Positions 26,301-38,000 of a stretch of DNA of 64,000 nucleotides are shown piece after piece. Source of the stretch: Bugula neritina. Lineage: Eukaryota > Animalia > Bryozoa. Position numbers and translations under genes: made by a program. The notes under the pieces are model-generated. The model saw nothing but the letters and a program-made list of their open reading frames with translations, made no database searches and was not told the DNA's origin. The first letter of the stretch is position 1. Every line of letters starts with the position of its first letter. The stretch covers positions 186,001 through 250,000 of the forward strand of contig CAXIUT010000103.1 of assembly GCA_964035545.1 (NCBI GenBank). Direction: 5' to 3'.

Positions 26301-29300
26301 GCTGACAGGACTCATTAAAGTTCTTAACTCTTGTGTGTATGGTGATGCCCATCTTGAACTAGAGAGGGCTGACTAAAGACTGCTACTTTGTGAAAATTGA
26401 CAATGCATATTATTATTATTCATTGTTGAGATTCACGACTGCCATAAACAATGATAAATTATTCATTGTTGGTACTAGTGAGTAAATTAAAATATAATAT
26501 AATATTTTCTTGACAGATAAATAATATCGTATACAGAATCTAACTTACCATAACTCTACAGTGCTTCACCTCTTCAAATTTTTCGGCAATGTTATTTCTT
26601 TCTAGTTAGAAGTACTAGCTGAATATAGGACTATGAAACATAACCCTTCAATTTCATTGCACCAGCACCGGTTGCAAGATAGGTGTGGTGGGAGTTATCT
26701 TTCCTAAAATTTCGTTCTTGGCGTTTATACGAAGCAGACACAGGCTAATATTAGTTTAGTTATTTGAAAGAGTTTTGCTGTCATATTGTCCATCAGCAGG
26801 AGATTGCGCCTTGCAGTTATTATGGAAATACCAGTGATGCTGGAAGATCTTTGCATTGTACACCCGCCTTTACTATTGAATTTAGATGTTTTATTTTCCC
26901 CTCCCCTCTCCCTCCCCCCTGTCCCCTCTAACAACCAGTAATCCTGACTCATGTAAAATGTGTTATTGTTTTAGAGTTGGACCATGGGCCTACAGTATAC
27001 GATTTGAAGCTTTATAGTTTACAGGCAGTCGAGATGAGTCATTGCTGAAACCAATTTTTATTAGTAGACTATATTGCTCTTCAATCATCAGTTTTCATAT
27101 TAAAACAGAAAGCTCATCCGCAGCACCATTTCACAGTGTTATATTTTGCTAGAGCAATAACTAATTTTAGATGCCTTTGCAAACATATGAGAAATAAATG
27201 AGTCATTCTATGAAAAGAGGTGTTTGCAGCAATTGTCCACTTTTGACTTAGACGCGGCATGGAAACTTTTGTAGTTTTAAATAATATCTCCAAACTCATC
27301 ACTTGCATGTGTTAAGATACTTGATAAAGTTTTTTATGCAAAATTTGATGCCTGCTTCAAAAACACCAGTGCTTAATTACTGTGTTAACTGTATTGGCAC
27401 GTTGCCATGAGATATTTGGTAATATTTCGCATTTCAACAAACTCCTCAGAAAATTAAGAAAATCAGTCTAGAAAGTTAATGAAATAAACCTACCAGAGAG
27501 AATAAGCCAGATGTGACAAGTTGATCCAAAACAAGTTGATTAACAGTTGAAGTTGAAGTCTCCATGTAGTGAACACTTTAGTCCTGATGTCAAATGCAAA
27601 CGTCTGCAACCAAACTGTGTAGACTTCATAAGCTGGTTAGCTGACAGGACTCATTAAAGTTCTTAACTCTTGTGTGTATGGTGATGCCCATCTTGAACTA
27701 GAGAGAGCTGACTGAAGACTGCTACTTTGTGAAAATTGACAATGCATATTATTATTATTCATTGTTGAGATTCACGACTGCCATAAACAATGATAAATTA
27801 TTCATTGTTGGTACTAGTGAGTAAATTAAAATATAATATAATATTTTTTTGACAGATAAATAATATCGTATACAGAATCTAACTTACCATAACTCTACAG
27901 TGCTTCACCTCTTCAAATTTTTCGGCAATGTTTTTTCTTTCTAGTTAGAAGTACTAGCTGAATATAGGACTATGAAACATAACCCTTCAATTTCATTGCA
28001 CCAGCACCGGTTGCAAGATAGGTGTGGTGGGAGTTATCTTTCCTAAAATTTCGTTCTTGGCGTTTATACGAAGCAGACACAGGCTAATATTAGTTTAGTT
28101 ATTTGAAAGAGTTTTGCTGTCATATTGTCCATCAGCAGGAGCTTGCGCCTTGCAGTTATTATGGAAATACCAGTGATGCTGGAAGATCTTTGCATTGTAC
28201 ACCCGCCTTTACTATTGAATTTAGATGTTTTATTTTCCCCTCCCCTCTCCCTCCCCCCTGTCCCCTCTAACAACCAGTAATCCTGACTCATGTAAAATGT
28301 GTTATTGTTTCAGAGTTGGACCATGGGCCTACAGTATACGATTTGAAGCTTTATAGTTTACAGGCAGTCGAGATGAGTCATTGCTGAAACCAATTTTTAT
28401 TAGTAGACTATATTGCTCTTCAATCATCAGTTTTCATATTAAAACAGAAAGCTCATCCGCAGCACCATTTCACAGTGTTATATTTTGCTAGAGCAATAAC
28501 TAATTTTAGATGCCTTTGCAAACATATGAGAAATAAATGAGTCATTCTATGAAAAGAGGTGTTTGCAGCAATTGTCCACTTTTGACTTAGACGCGGCATG
28601 GAAACTTTTGTAGTTTTAAATAATATCTCCAAACTCATCACTTGCATGTGTTAAGATACTTGATAAAGTTTTTTATGCAAAATTTGATGCCTGCTTCAAA
28701 AACACCAGTGCTTAATTACTGTGTTAACTGTATTGGCACGTTGCCATGAGATATTTGGTAATATTTCGCATTTCAACAAACTCCTCGGAAAATTAAGAAA
28801 ATCAGTCTAGAAAGTTAATGAAATAAACCTACCAGAGAGAATAAGCCAGATGTGACAAGTTGATCCAAAACAAGTTGATTAACAGTTGAAGTTGAAGTCT
28901 CCATGTAGTGAACACTTTAGTCCTGATGTCAAATGCAAACGTCTGCAACCAAACTGTGTAGACTTCATAAGCTGGTTAGCTGACAGGACTCATTAAAGTT
29001 CTTAACTCTTGTGTGTATGGTGATGCCCATCTTGAACTAGAGAGGGCTGACTGAAGACTGCTACTTTGTGAAAATTGACAATGCATATTATTATTATTCA
29101 TTGTTGAGATTCACGACTGCCATAAACAATGATAAATTATTCATTGTTGGTACTAGTGAGTAAATTAAAATATAATATAATATTTTCTTGACAGATAAAT
29201 AATATCGTATACAGAATCTAACTTACCATAACTCTACAGTGCTTCACCTCTTCAAATTTTTCGGCAATGTTATTTCTTTCTAGTTAGAAGTACTAGCTGA

Positions 29301-30865
29301 ATATATGACTATGAAACATAACCCTTCAGTTTCATTGCACCAGCACCGGTTGCAAGATAGGTGTGGTGGGAGTTATCTTTCCTAAAATTTCGTTCTTGGC
29401 GTTTATACGAAGCAGACACAGGCTAATATTAGTTTAGTTATTTGAAAGAGTTTTGCTGTCATATTGTCCATCAGCAGGAGCTTGCGCCTTGCAGTTATTA
29501 TGGAAATACCAGTGATGCTGGAAGACCTTTGCATTGTACACCCGCCTTTACTATTGAATTTAGATGTTTTATTTTCCCCTCCCCTCTCCCTCCCCCCTGT
29601 CCCCTCTAACAACCAGTAATCCTGACTCATGTAAAATGTGTTATTGTTTTAGAGTTGGACCATGGGCCTACAGTATACGATTTGAAGCTTTATAGTTTAC
29701 AGGCAGTCGAGATGAGTCATTGCTGAAACCAATTTTTTATTAGTAGACTATATTGCTCTTCAATCATCAGTTTTCATATTAAAACAGAAAGCTCATCCGC
29801 AGCACCATTTCACAGTGTTATATTTTGCTAGAGCAATAACTAATTTTAGATGCCTTTGCAAACATATGAGAAATAAATGAGTCATTCTATGAAAAGAGGT
29901 GTTTGCAGCAATTGTCCACTTTTGATTTAGACGCGGCATGGAAACTTTTGTAGTTTTAAATAATATCTCCAAACTCATCACTTGCATGTGTTTAGATACT
30001 TGATAAAGTTTTTTATGCAAAATTTGATGCCTGCTTCAAAGACACCAGTGCTTAATTACTGTGTTAACTGTATTGGCACGTTGCCATGAGATATTTGGTA
30101 ATATTTCGCATTTCAACAAACTCCTCAGAAAATTAAGAAAATCAGTCTAGAAAGTTAATGAAATGAACCTACCAGAGAGAATAAGCCAGATGTGACAAGT
30201 TGATCCAAAACAAGTTGATTAACAGTTGAAGTTGAAGTCTCCATGTAGTGAACACTTTAGTCCTAATGTCAAATGCAAACGTCTGCAACCAAACTGTGTA
30301 GACTTCATGAGCTGGTTAGCTGACAGGACTCATTAAAGTTCTTAACTCTTGTGTGTATGGTGATGCCCATCTTGAACTAGAGAGGGCTGACTAAAGACTG
30401 CTACTTTGTGAAAATTGACAATGCATATTATTATTATTCATTGTTGAGATTCACGACTGCCATAAACAATGATAAATTATTCATTGTTGGTACTAGTGAG
30501 TAAATTAAAATATAATATAATATTTTCTTGACAGATAAATAATATCGTATACAGAATCTAACTTACCATAACTCTACAGTGCTTCACCTCTTCAAATTTT
30601 TCGGCAATGTTATTTCTTTCTAGTTAGAAGTACTAGCTGAATATAGGACTATGAAACATAACCCTTCAATTTCATTGCACCAGCACCGGTTGCAAGATAG
30701 GTGTGGTGGGAGTTATCTTTCCTAAAATTTCGTTCTTGGCGTTTATACGAAGCAGACACAGGCTAATATTAGTTTAGTTATTTGAAAGAGTTTTGCTGTC
30801 ATATTGTCCATCAGCAGGAGATTGCGCCTTGCAGTTATTATGGAAATACCAGTGATGCTGGAAGA
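23345..30865. repeat. Trimer-period duplication (4018 bp offset; ~23345-26847 repeated at ~27363-30865)
   Basis: Monomer 19 matches 22 (AGATCT, GACTTAG, GTTAAGAT, CCTCGG). Monomer 20 matches 23 (T6 insertion, AATGAACC). The starts of 21 and 24 share GAGATTGCG. Anchors 24435/28453 and 25775/29793 both differ by 4018. Confidence 0.85.
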
Positions 30866-30956
30866 CCTTTGCATTGTACACCCGCCTTTACTATTGAATT
30901 TAGATGTTTTATTTTCCCCTCCCCTCTCCCTCCCCCCTGTCCCCTCTAACAACCAG

Positions 30957-32000
30957 CATTCCTGATTCATGTGAAATGTGTTATTGTTTTAGAGTTGGAC
31001 CATGGGCCTACAGTATACGATTTGAAGTTTTATAGTTTACAGGCAGTCGAGATGAGTCACTGCTGAAACCCATTTTATTAGTAGACTATATTGCTCTTCA
31101 ATCGCCAGTTTTCATATTAAAACAGAAAGCTCATCTGCAGCGCCATTTAACAGTATTATATTTTGCTAGAGTCATTACTAAATTTAGACGCCTTTGCAAA
31201 CATATGAGAAATAAATGAGTCATTCTATGAAAAGAGGTGTTTGCAGCACTTGTCCACTTTTGATTTACACGCGGCATGGAAACTTTTGTAGTTTTAAATA
31301 ATATCTCCAAACTCATCACTTGCATGTGTTTATATACTTGATAAAGTTTTTCATGCAAAACTTGATGCCTGCTTCAAAGACACCAGTGCTTAGTTACTGC
31401 ATTAACTGTATTGGCAGATTGCCATGAGATATTTGCTAATATGTCCCATCACAACAAACTCTTCAGAAAGTTAAGAAAATCAGTCTAGAAAACTAATGAA
31501 ATAAACCTACCAGAGAGAGTAAGCCAGATGTGACAAGTAGATCCAAAACAAGTTGATTAACAAATGAAGTTGAAATCTCCATGTAGTGAACACTTTAGTC
31601 CTAATGTCAAATGCAAACGTCTGCAATCAAACTGTGTAGACTTCATGAGCTGGTTAGCTGACAGGACTCATTAAAGTTCTTAACTCTTGTGTGTATAGTG
31701 ATTCCCATCTTGAACTAGAGAGGGCTGACTGAAGACTGCTACTTTGTGAAAAATGACAATGCACATTATTATTATTCATTGTTGAGATTCACGACTGCCA
31801 TAAACAATGAAAAAATATTCATAGTTGGTACTAGTGAGTAGAATAAAATATAATATATTGTTTTCTTGACAGATAAATAATATCATATACAGAATCTAAC
31901 TTACCATAACTCTACAGTGCTTCACCTCTTCAACTTTTTCGGCAATGTTATTTCCTTCTAGTTAGAAGTACTAGGTGAATACAGGACTTTGAAACGTAAC
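30957..32000. repeat. Unique divergent junction monomer between sub-arrays A and B
   Basis: Many variants I did not see in other copies (CAGCATTCCTGATTC, CATTTAACAG, GAGTCATTACTAAATTTAGACG, GGCAGATT, TTTGCTAATATGTCCC, CAAATGAAG, TAGGTGAATACAGGACTTTGAAACGT), mixed with A-type and B-type states. Confidence 0.88.
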
Positions 32001-35000
32001 CCTTCAATTTCATTGCACCAGCACCAGTTGCAAGATACGTGTGTTGGGAGTTATCTTTTCCAAAATTTTGTCCTTGGTGTTTATACGAAGCAGACACAGG
32101 CTAATATTAGTTTTGTTATTTGCAAGAGTTTTTCTGTCTGATTGTCCATCGGCAAAAGTTTGCGCCTTGCAGTTATTATGGAAATACCAGTGATGCTGGA
32201 AGACATTTGCATTGTACACCCGCCTTTACTATTGAATTTAGATGTTTTGTTTTCCCATCCCATCTCCTGCCCCCCTGTCCCTTCTAACAACCAGCAATCC
32301 TGACTCATTAAAATTGTGTTATTGTTCTAGAGTTGGCCCATGGGCCTACAGTATACGATTTGAAGCTTTATAGTTTACAGGCAGTGGAGATGAGTCACTG
32401 CTGAAACCCATTTTATTAGTAGACTATATTGCTCTTCAATCATCAGTTTTCATATTAAAAGAGAAAGCTCATCTGCAGCGCCATTTCACAGTGTTATATT
32501 TTGCTAGAGCAATAACTAATTTTAGATGCCTTTGCAAACATATGAGAAATAAATGAGTCAGTCTATGAAAAGAGGTGTTTGCAGCAATTGTCCTCTTTTG
32601 ATTTACAAGCGGCATGGAAACTTTTGTAGTTTTAAATAATATCTCCAAACTCATCACTTGCATGTGTTTAGATACTTGATAAATTTTTTTATGCAAAACT
32701 TGATGCCTGCTTCAAAGACACCAGTGCTTAATTACTGTGTTGACTGTATTGGCACGTTGCCATGAGATATTTGGTAATATTTCGCATCACAACAAACTCT
32801 TCAGAAAGTTAAGAAAATCAGTCTAGAAAGTTAATGAAATAAACCTACCAGAAAGAGTAAGCCAGATGTAACAAGTAGATCGAAAACAAGTTGATTAACA
32901 ATTGAAGTTGAAATCTCCATGTAGTCAACACTTTAGTCCTAATGTCAAATGCAAACGTCTGCAATCAAACTGTGTAGACTTCATGAGCTGGTTAGCTGAC
33001 AGGACTCATTAAAGTTCTTAACTCTTGTGTGTATAGTGATTCCCATCTTGAACTAGAGAGGGCTGACTGAAGACTGCTACTTTGTGAAAAATGACAATGC
33101 ATATTATTATTATTTATTGTTGAGATTCACGACTGCCATAAACAATGATAAAATATTCATTGTTGGTACTACTGAGTAGAATAAAATATAATATAATATT
33201 ATTTTCTGGACAGATAAATAATATCAAATGCATATTATAACTTACCATAAATCTACAGTGCCTCACATCTTCACCTTTTTCTGCAATGTTATTTCTTTGC
33301 AGTTAGAAGTACTAGCTGAATATATGACTATGAAACATAACCCTTCAATTTCATTGCACCAGCACCAGTTGCAAGATACGTGTGTTGGGAGTTATCTTTT
33401 CCAAAATTTTGTCCTTGGTGTTTATACGAAGCAGACACAGGCTAATATTAGTTTTGTTATTTGCAAGAGTTTTTCTGTCTGATTGTCCATCGGCAAAAGT
33501 TTGCGCCTTGCAGTTATTATGGAAATACCAGTGATGCTGGAAGACATTTGCATTGTACACCCGCCTTTACTATTGAATTTAGATGTTTTGTTTTCCCATC
33601 CCATCTCCTGCCCCCCTGTCCCTTCTAACAACCAGCAATCCTGACTCATGTGAAATGTGTTATTGTTCTAGAGTTGGCCCATGGGCCTACAGTATACGAT
33701 TTGAAGCTTTATAGTTTACAGGCAGTGGAGATGGGTCACTGCTGAAACCCATTTTAATAGTAGGCTATATTGCTCTTCAATCATCAGTTTTCATATTAAA
33801 AGAGAAAGCTCATCTGCAGCGCCATTTCACAGTGTTATATTTTGCTAGAGCAATAACTAATTTTAGATGCCTTTGCAAACATATGAGAAATAAATGAGTC
33901 AGTCTATGAAAAGAGGTGTTTGCAGCAATTGTTCTCTTTTGATTTACAAGGGGCATGGAAACTTTTGTAGTTTTAAATAATATCTCCAAACTCATCACTT
34001 GCATGTGTTTAGATACTTGATAAATTTTTTTATGCAAAACTTGATGCCTGCTTCAAAGACACCAGTGCTTAATTACTGTGTTAACTGTATTGGCACGTTG
34101 CCATGAGATATTTGGTAATATTTCGCATCACAACAAACTCTTCAGAAAAGTAAGAAAATCAGTCTAGAAAGTTAACGAAATAAACCTACCAGAAAGAGTA
34201 AGCCAGATGTAACAAGTAGATCCAAAACAAGTTGATTAACAATTGAAGTTGAAATCTCCATGTAGTCAACACTTTAGTCCTAATGTCAAATGCAAACGTC
34301 TGCAATCAAACTGTGTAGACTTCATGAGCTGGTTAGCTGACAGGACTCATTAAAGTTCTTAACTCTTGTGTGTATAGTGATGCCCATCTTGAACTAGAGA
34401 GGGCTGACTGAAGACTGCTACTTTGTGAAAATTGACAATGCATATTATTATTATTCATTGTTGAGATTCACGACTGCCATAAACAATGATAAAATATTCA
34501 TTGTTGGTACTACTGAGTAGAATAAAATATAATATAATATTGTTTTCTGGACAGATAAGTAATATCAAATGCATATTATAACTTACCATAAATCTACAGT
34601 GCTTCACATCTTCACCTTTTTCTTCAATGTTATTTCTTTGCAGTTAGAAGTACTAGCTGAATATATGACTATGAAACATAACCCTTCAATTTCATTGCAC
34701 CAGCACCAGTTGCAAGATAGGTGTGTTGGGAGTTATCTTTCCCAAAATTTTGTTCTTGGTGTTTATACGAAGCAGACACAGGCTAATATTAGTTTTGTTA
34801 TTTGCAAGAGTTTTTCTGTCTGATTGTCCATCAGCAAAAGTTTGCGCCTTGCAGTTATTATGGAAATACCAGTGATGCTGGAAGACCTTTGCATTGTACA
34901 CCCGCTTTTACTATTGAATTTAGATGTTTCATTTTCCCATCCCATCTCCTGCCCCCCCTGTCCCCTCTAACAACCAGCAATCCTGACTCATGTGAATTGT

Positions 35001-38000
35001 GTTATTGTTCTAGAGTTGGCCCATGGGCCTACAGTATACGATTTGAAGCTTTATAGTTTACAGGCAGTGGAGATGAGTCACTGCTGAAACCCATTTTATT
35101 AGTAGACTATATTGCTCTTCAATCATCAGTTTTCATATTAAAAGAGAAAGCTCATCTGCAGCGCCATTTCACAGTGTTATATTTTGCTAGAGCAATAACT
35201 AGTTTTAGATGCCTTTGCAAACATATGAGAAATAACTGAGTAATTCTATGAAAAGAGGTGTTTGCAGCACTTGTCCACTTTTGATTTACACGCGGCATGG
35301 AAACTTTTGTAGTTTTAAATAGTATCTCCAAACTCATCACTTGCATGCGTTTAGATACTTGATGAAAATTTTTATGCATAACTTGATGCCTGCTTCAAAG
35401 ACACCAGTGCTTAGTTACTGTGTTAAATGTATTGGCACGTTGCCATGAGATATTTGGTAATATTTCGCATCACAACAAACTCTTCAGATAGTTAAGAAAA
35501 TCAGTCTAGAAAGTTAATGAAATAAACCTACCAGAGAGAGTAAGCCAGATGTAACAAGTAGATCCAAAACAAGTTGATTAACAATTGAAGTTGAAATCTC
35601 CATGAGTCAACACTTTAGTCCTAATGTCAAATGCAAACGTCTGCAATCAAACTGTGTAGACTTCATGAGCTGGTTAGCTGACAGGACTCATTAAAGTTCT
35701 TAACTCTTGTGTGTATAGTGATGCCCATCTTGAACTAGAGAGGGCTGACTGAAGGCTCCTACTTTGTGAAAATTGACAATGCATATTGTTATTATTCATT
35801 GTTGAGATTCACGACTGCCATAAACAATGATAAAATATTCATTGCTGGTACTACTGAGTAGAATAAAATATAATATAATATTTTCTTGACAGATAAATAA
35901 TATCGTATACAGAAGCTAACTTACCATAACTCTACAGTGCTTCACCTCTTCAACTTTTTAGGCGATGTTATTTCTTTCTAGTTAGAAGTACTAGCTGAAT
36001 ATAGGACTATGAAACATAACCCTTCAATTTCATTGCACCAGCACCAGTTGCAAGATACGTGTGTTGGGAGTTATCTTTTCCAAAATTTTGTCCTTGGTGT
36101 TTATACGAAGCAGACACAGGCTAATATTAGTTTTGTTATTTGCAAGAGTTTTTCTGTCTGATTGTCCATCGGCAAAAATTTGCGCCTTGCAGCTATTATG
36201 GAAATACCAGTGATGCTGGAAGACCTTTGCATTGTACACCCGCCTTTACTATTGAATTTAGATGTTTTGTTTTCCCATCCCATCTCCTGCCCCCCTGTCC
36301 CTTCTAACAACCAGCAATCCTGACTCATGTGAAATGTGTTATTGTTCTAGAGTTGGCCCATGGGCCTACAGTATACGATTTGAAGCTTTATAGTTTACAG
36401 GCAGTGGAGATGAGTCACTGCTGAAACCCATTTTAATAGTAGGCTATATTGCTCTTCACTCATCAGTTTTCATATTAAAAGAGAAAGCTCATCTGCAGCG
36501 CCATTTCACAGTGTTATATTTTGCTAGAGCAATAACTAATTTTAGATGCCTTTGCAAACATATGAGAAATAAATGAGTCAGTCTATGAAAAGAGGTGTTT
36601 GCAGCAATTGTTCTCTTTTGATTTACAAGGGGCATGGAAACTTTTGTAGTTTTAAATAATATCTCCAAACTCATCACTTGCATGTGTTTAGATACTTGAT
36701 AAATTTTTTTATGCAAAACTTGATGCCTGCTTCAAAGACACCAGTGCTTAATTACTGTGTTAACTGTATTGGCACGTTGCCATGAGATATTTGGTAATAT
36801 TTCGCATCACAACAAACTCTTCAGAAAAGTAAGAAAATCAGTCTAGAAAGTTAACGAAATAAACCTACCAGAAAGAGTAAGCCAGATGTAACAAGTAGAT
36901 CCAAAACAAGTTGATTAACAATTGAAGTTGAAATCTCCATGTAGTCAACACTTTAGTCCTAATGTCAAATGCAAACGTCTGCAATCAAACTGTGTAGACT
37001 TCATGAGCTGGTTAGCTGACAGGACTCATTAAAGTTCTTAACTCTTGTGTGTATAGTGATGCCCATCTTGAACTAGAGAGGGCTGACTGAAGACTGCTAC
37101 TTTGTGAAAATTGACAATGCATATTATTATTATTCATTGTTGAGATTCACGACTGCCATAAACAATGATAAAATATTCATTGTTGGTACTACTGAGTAGA
37201 ATAAAATATAATATAATATTGTTTTCTGGACAGATAAATAATATCAAATGCATATTATAACTTACCATAAATCTACAGTGCCTCACATCTTCACCTTTTT
37301 CTTCAATGTTATTTCTTTGCAGTTAGAAGTACTAGCTGAATATATGACTATGAAACATAACCCTTCAATTTCATTGCACCAGCACCAGTTGCAAGATAGG
37401 TGTGTTGGGAGTTATCTTTCCCAAAATTTTGTTCTTGGTGTTTATACGAAGCAGACACAGGCTAATATTAGTTTTGTTATTTGCAAGAGTTTTTCTGTCT
37501 GATTGTCCATCAGCAAAAGTTTGCGCCTTGCAGTTATTATGGAAATACCAGTGATGCTGGAAGACCTTTGCATTGTACACCCGCTTTTACTATTGAATTT
37601 AGATGTTTCATTTTCCCATCCCATCTCCTGCCCCCCCCTGTCCCCTCTAACAACCAGCAATCCTGACTCATGTGAATTGTGTTATTGTTCTAGAGTTGGC
37701 CCATGGGCCTACAGTATACGATTTGAAGCTTTATAGTTTACAGGCAGTGGAGATGAGTCACTGCTGAAACCCATTTTATTAGTAGACTATATTGCTCTTC
37801 AATCATCAGTTTTCATATTAAAAGAGAAAGCTCATCTGCAGCGCCATTTCACAGTGTTATATTTTGCTAGAGCAATAACTAATTTTAGATGCCTTTGCAA
37901 ACATATGAGAAATAACTGAGTAATTCTATGAAAAGAGGTGTTAGCAGCACTTGTCCACTTTTGATTTACACGCGGCATGGAAACTTTTGTAGTTTTAAAT

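Larger units (their letters stand above)
1..30950. repeat. Sub-array A (monomers 1-23, 1339-1340 bp, very homogeneous)
   Basis: Shared diagnostics: CCCCTCCCCTCTCCCTCCCCCC tract, GGACCATGG, GTCGAGATG, AAACCAATTTTT, ATCGTATACAGAATC, TTTGAAAGAG. The period is exactly 1339 bp for the first 17 anchors. Confidence 0.93.

Noticed and set aside
32335-32346. Perfect 12-bp palindrome GGCCCATGGGCC in B monomers
   Set aside because: Differs by a single substitution from A (GGACCATGGGCC) and is broken in some B copies. No evidence of function.
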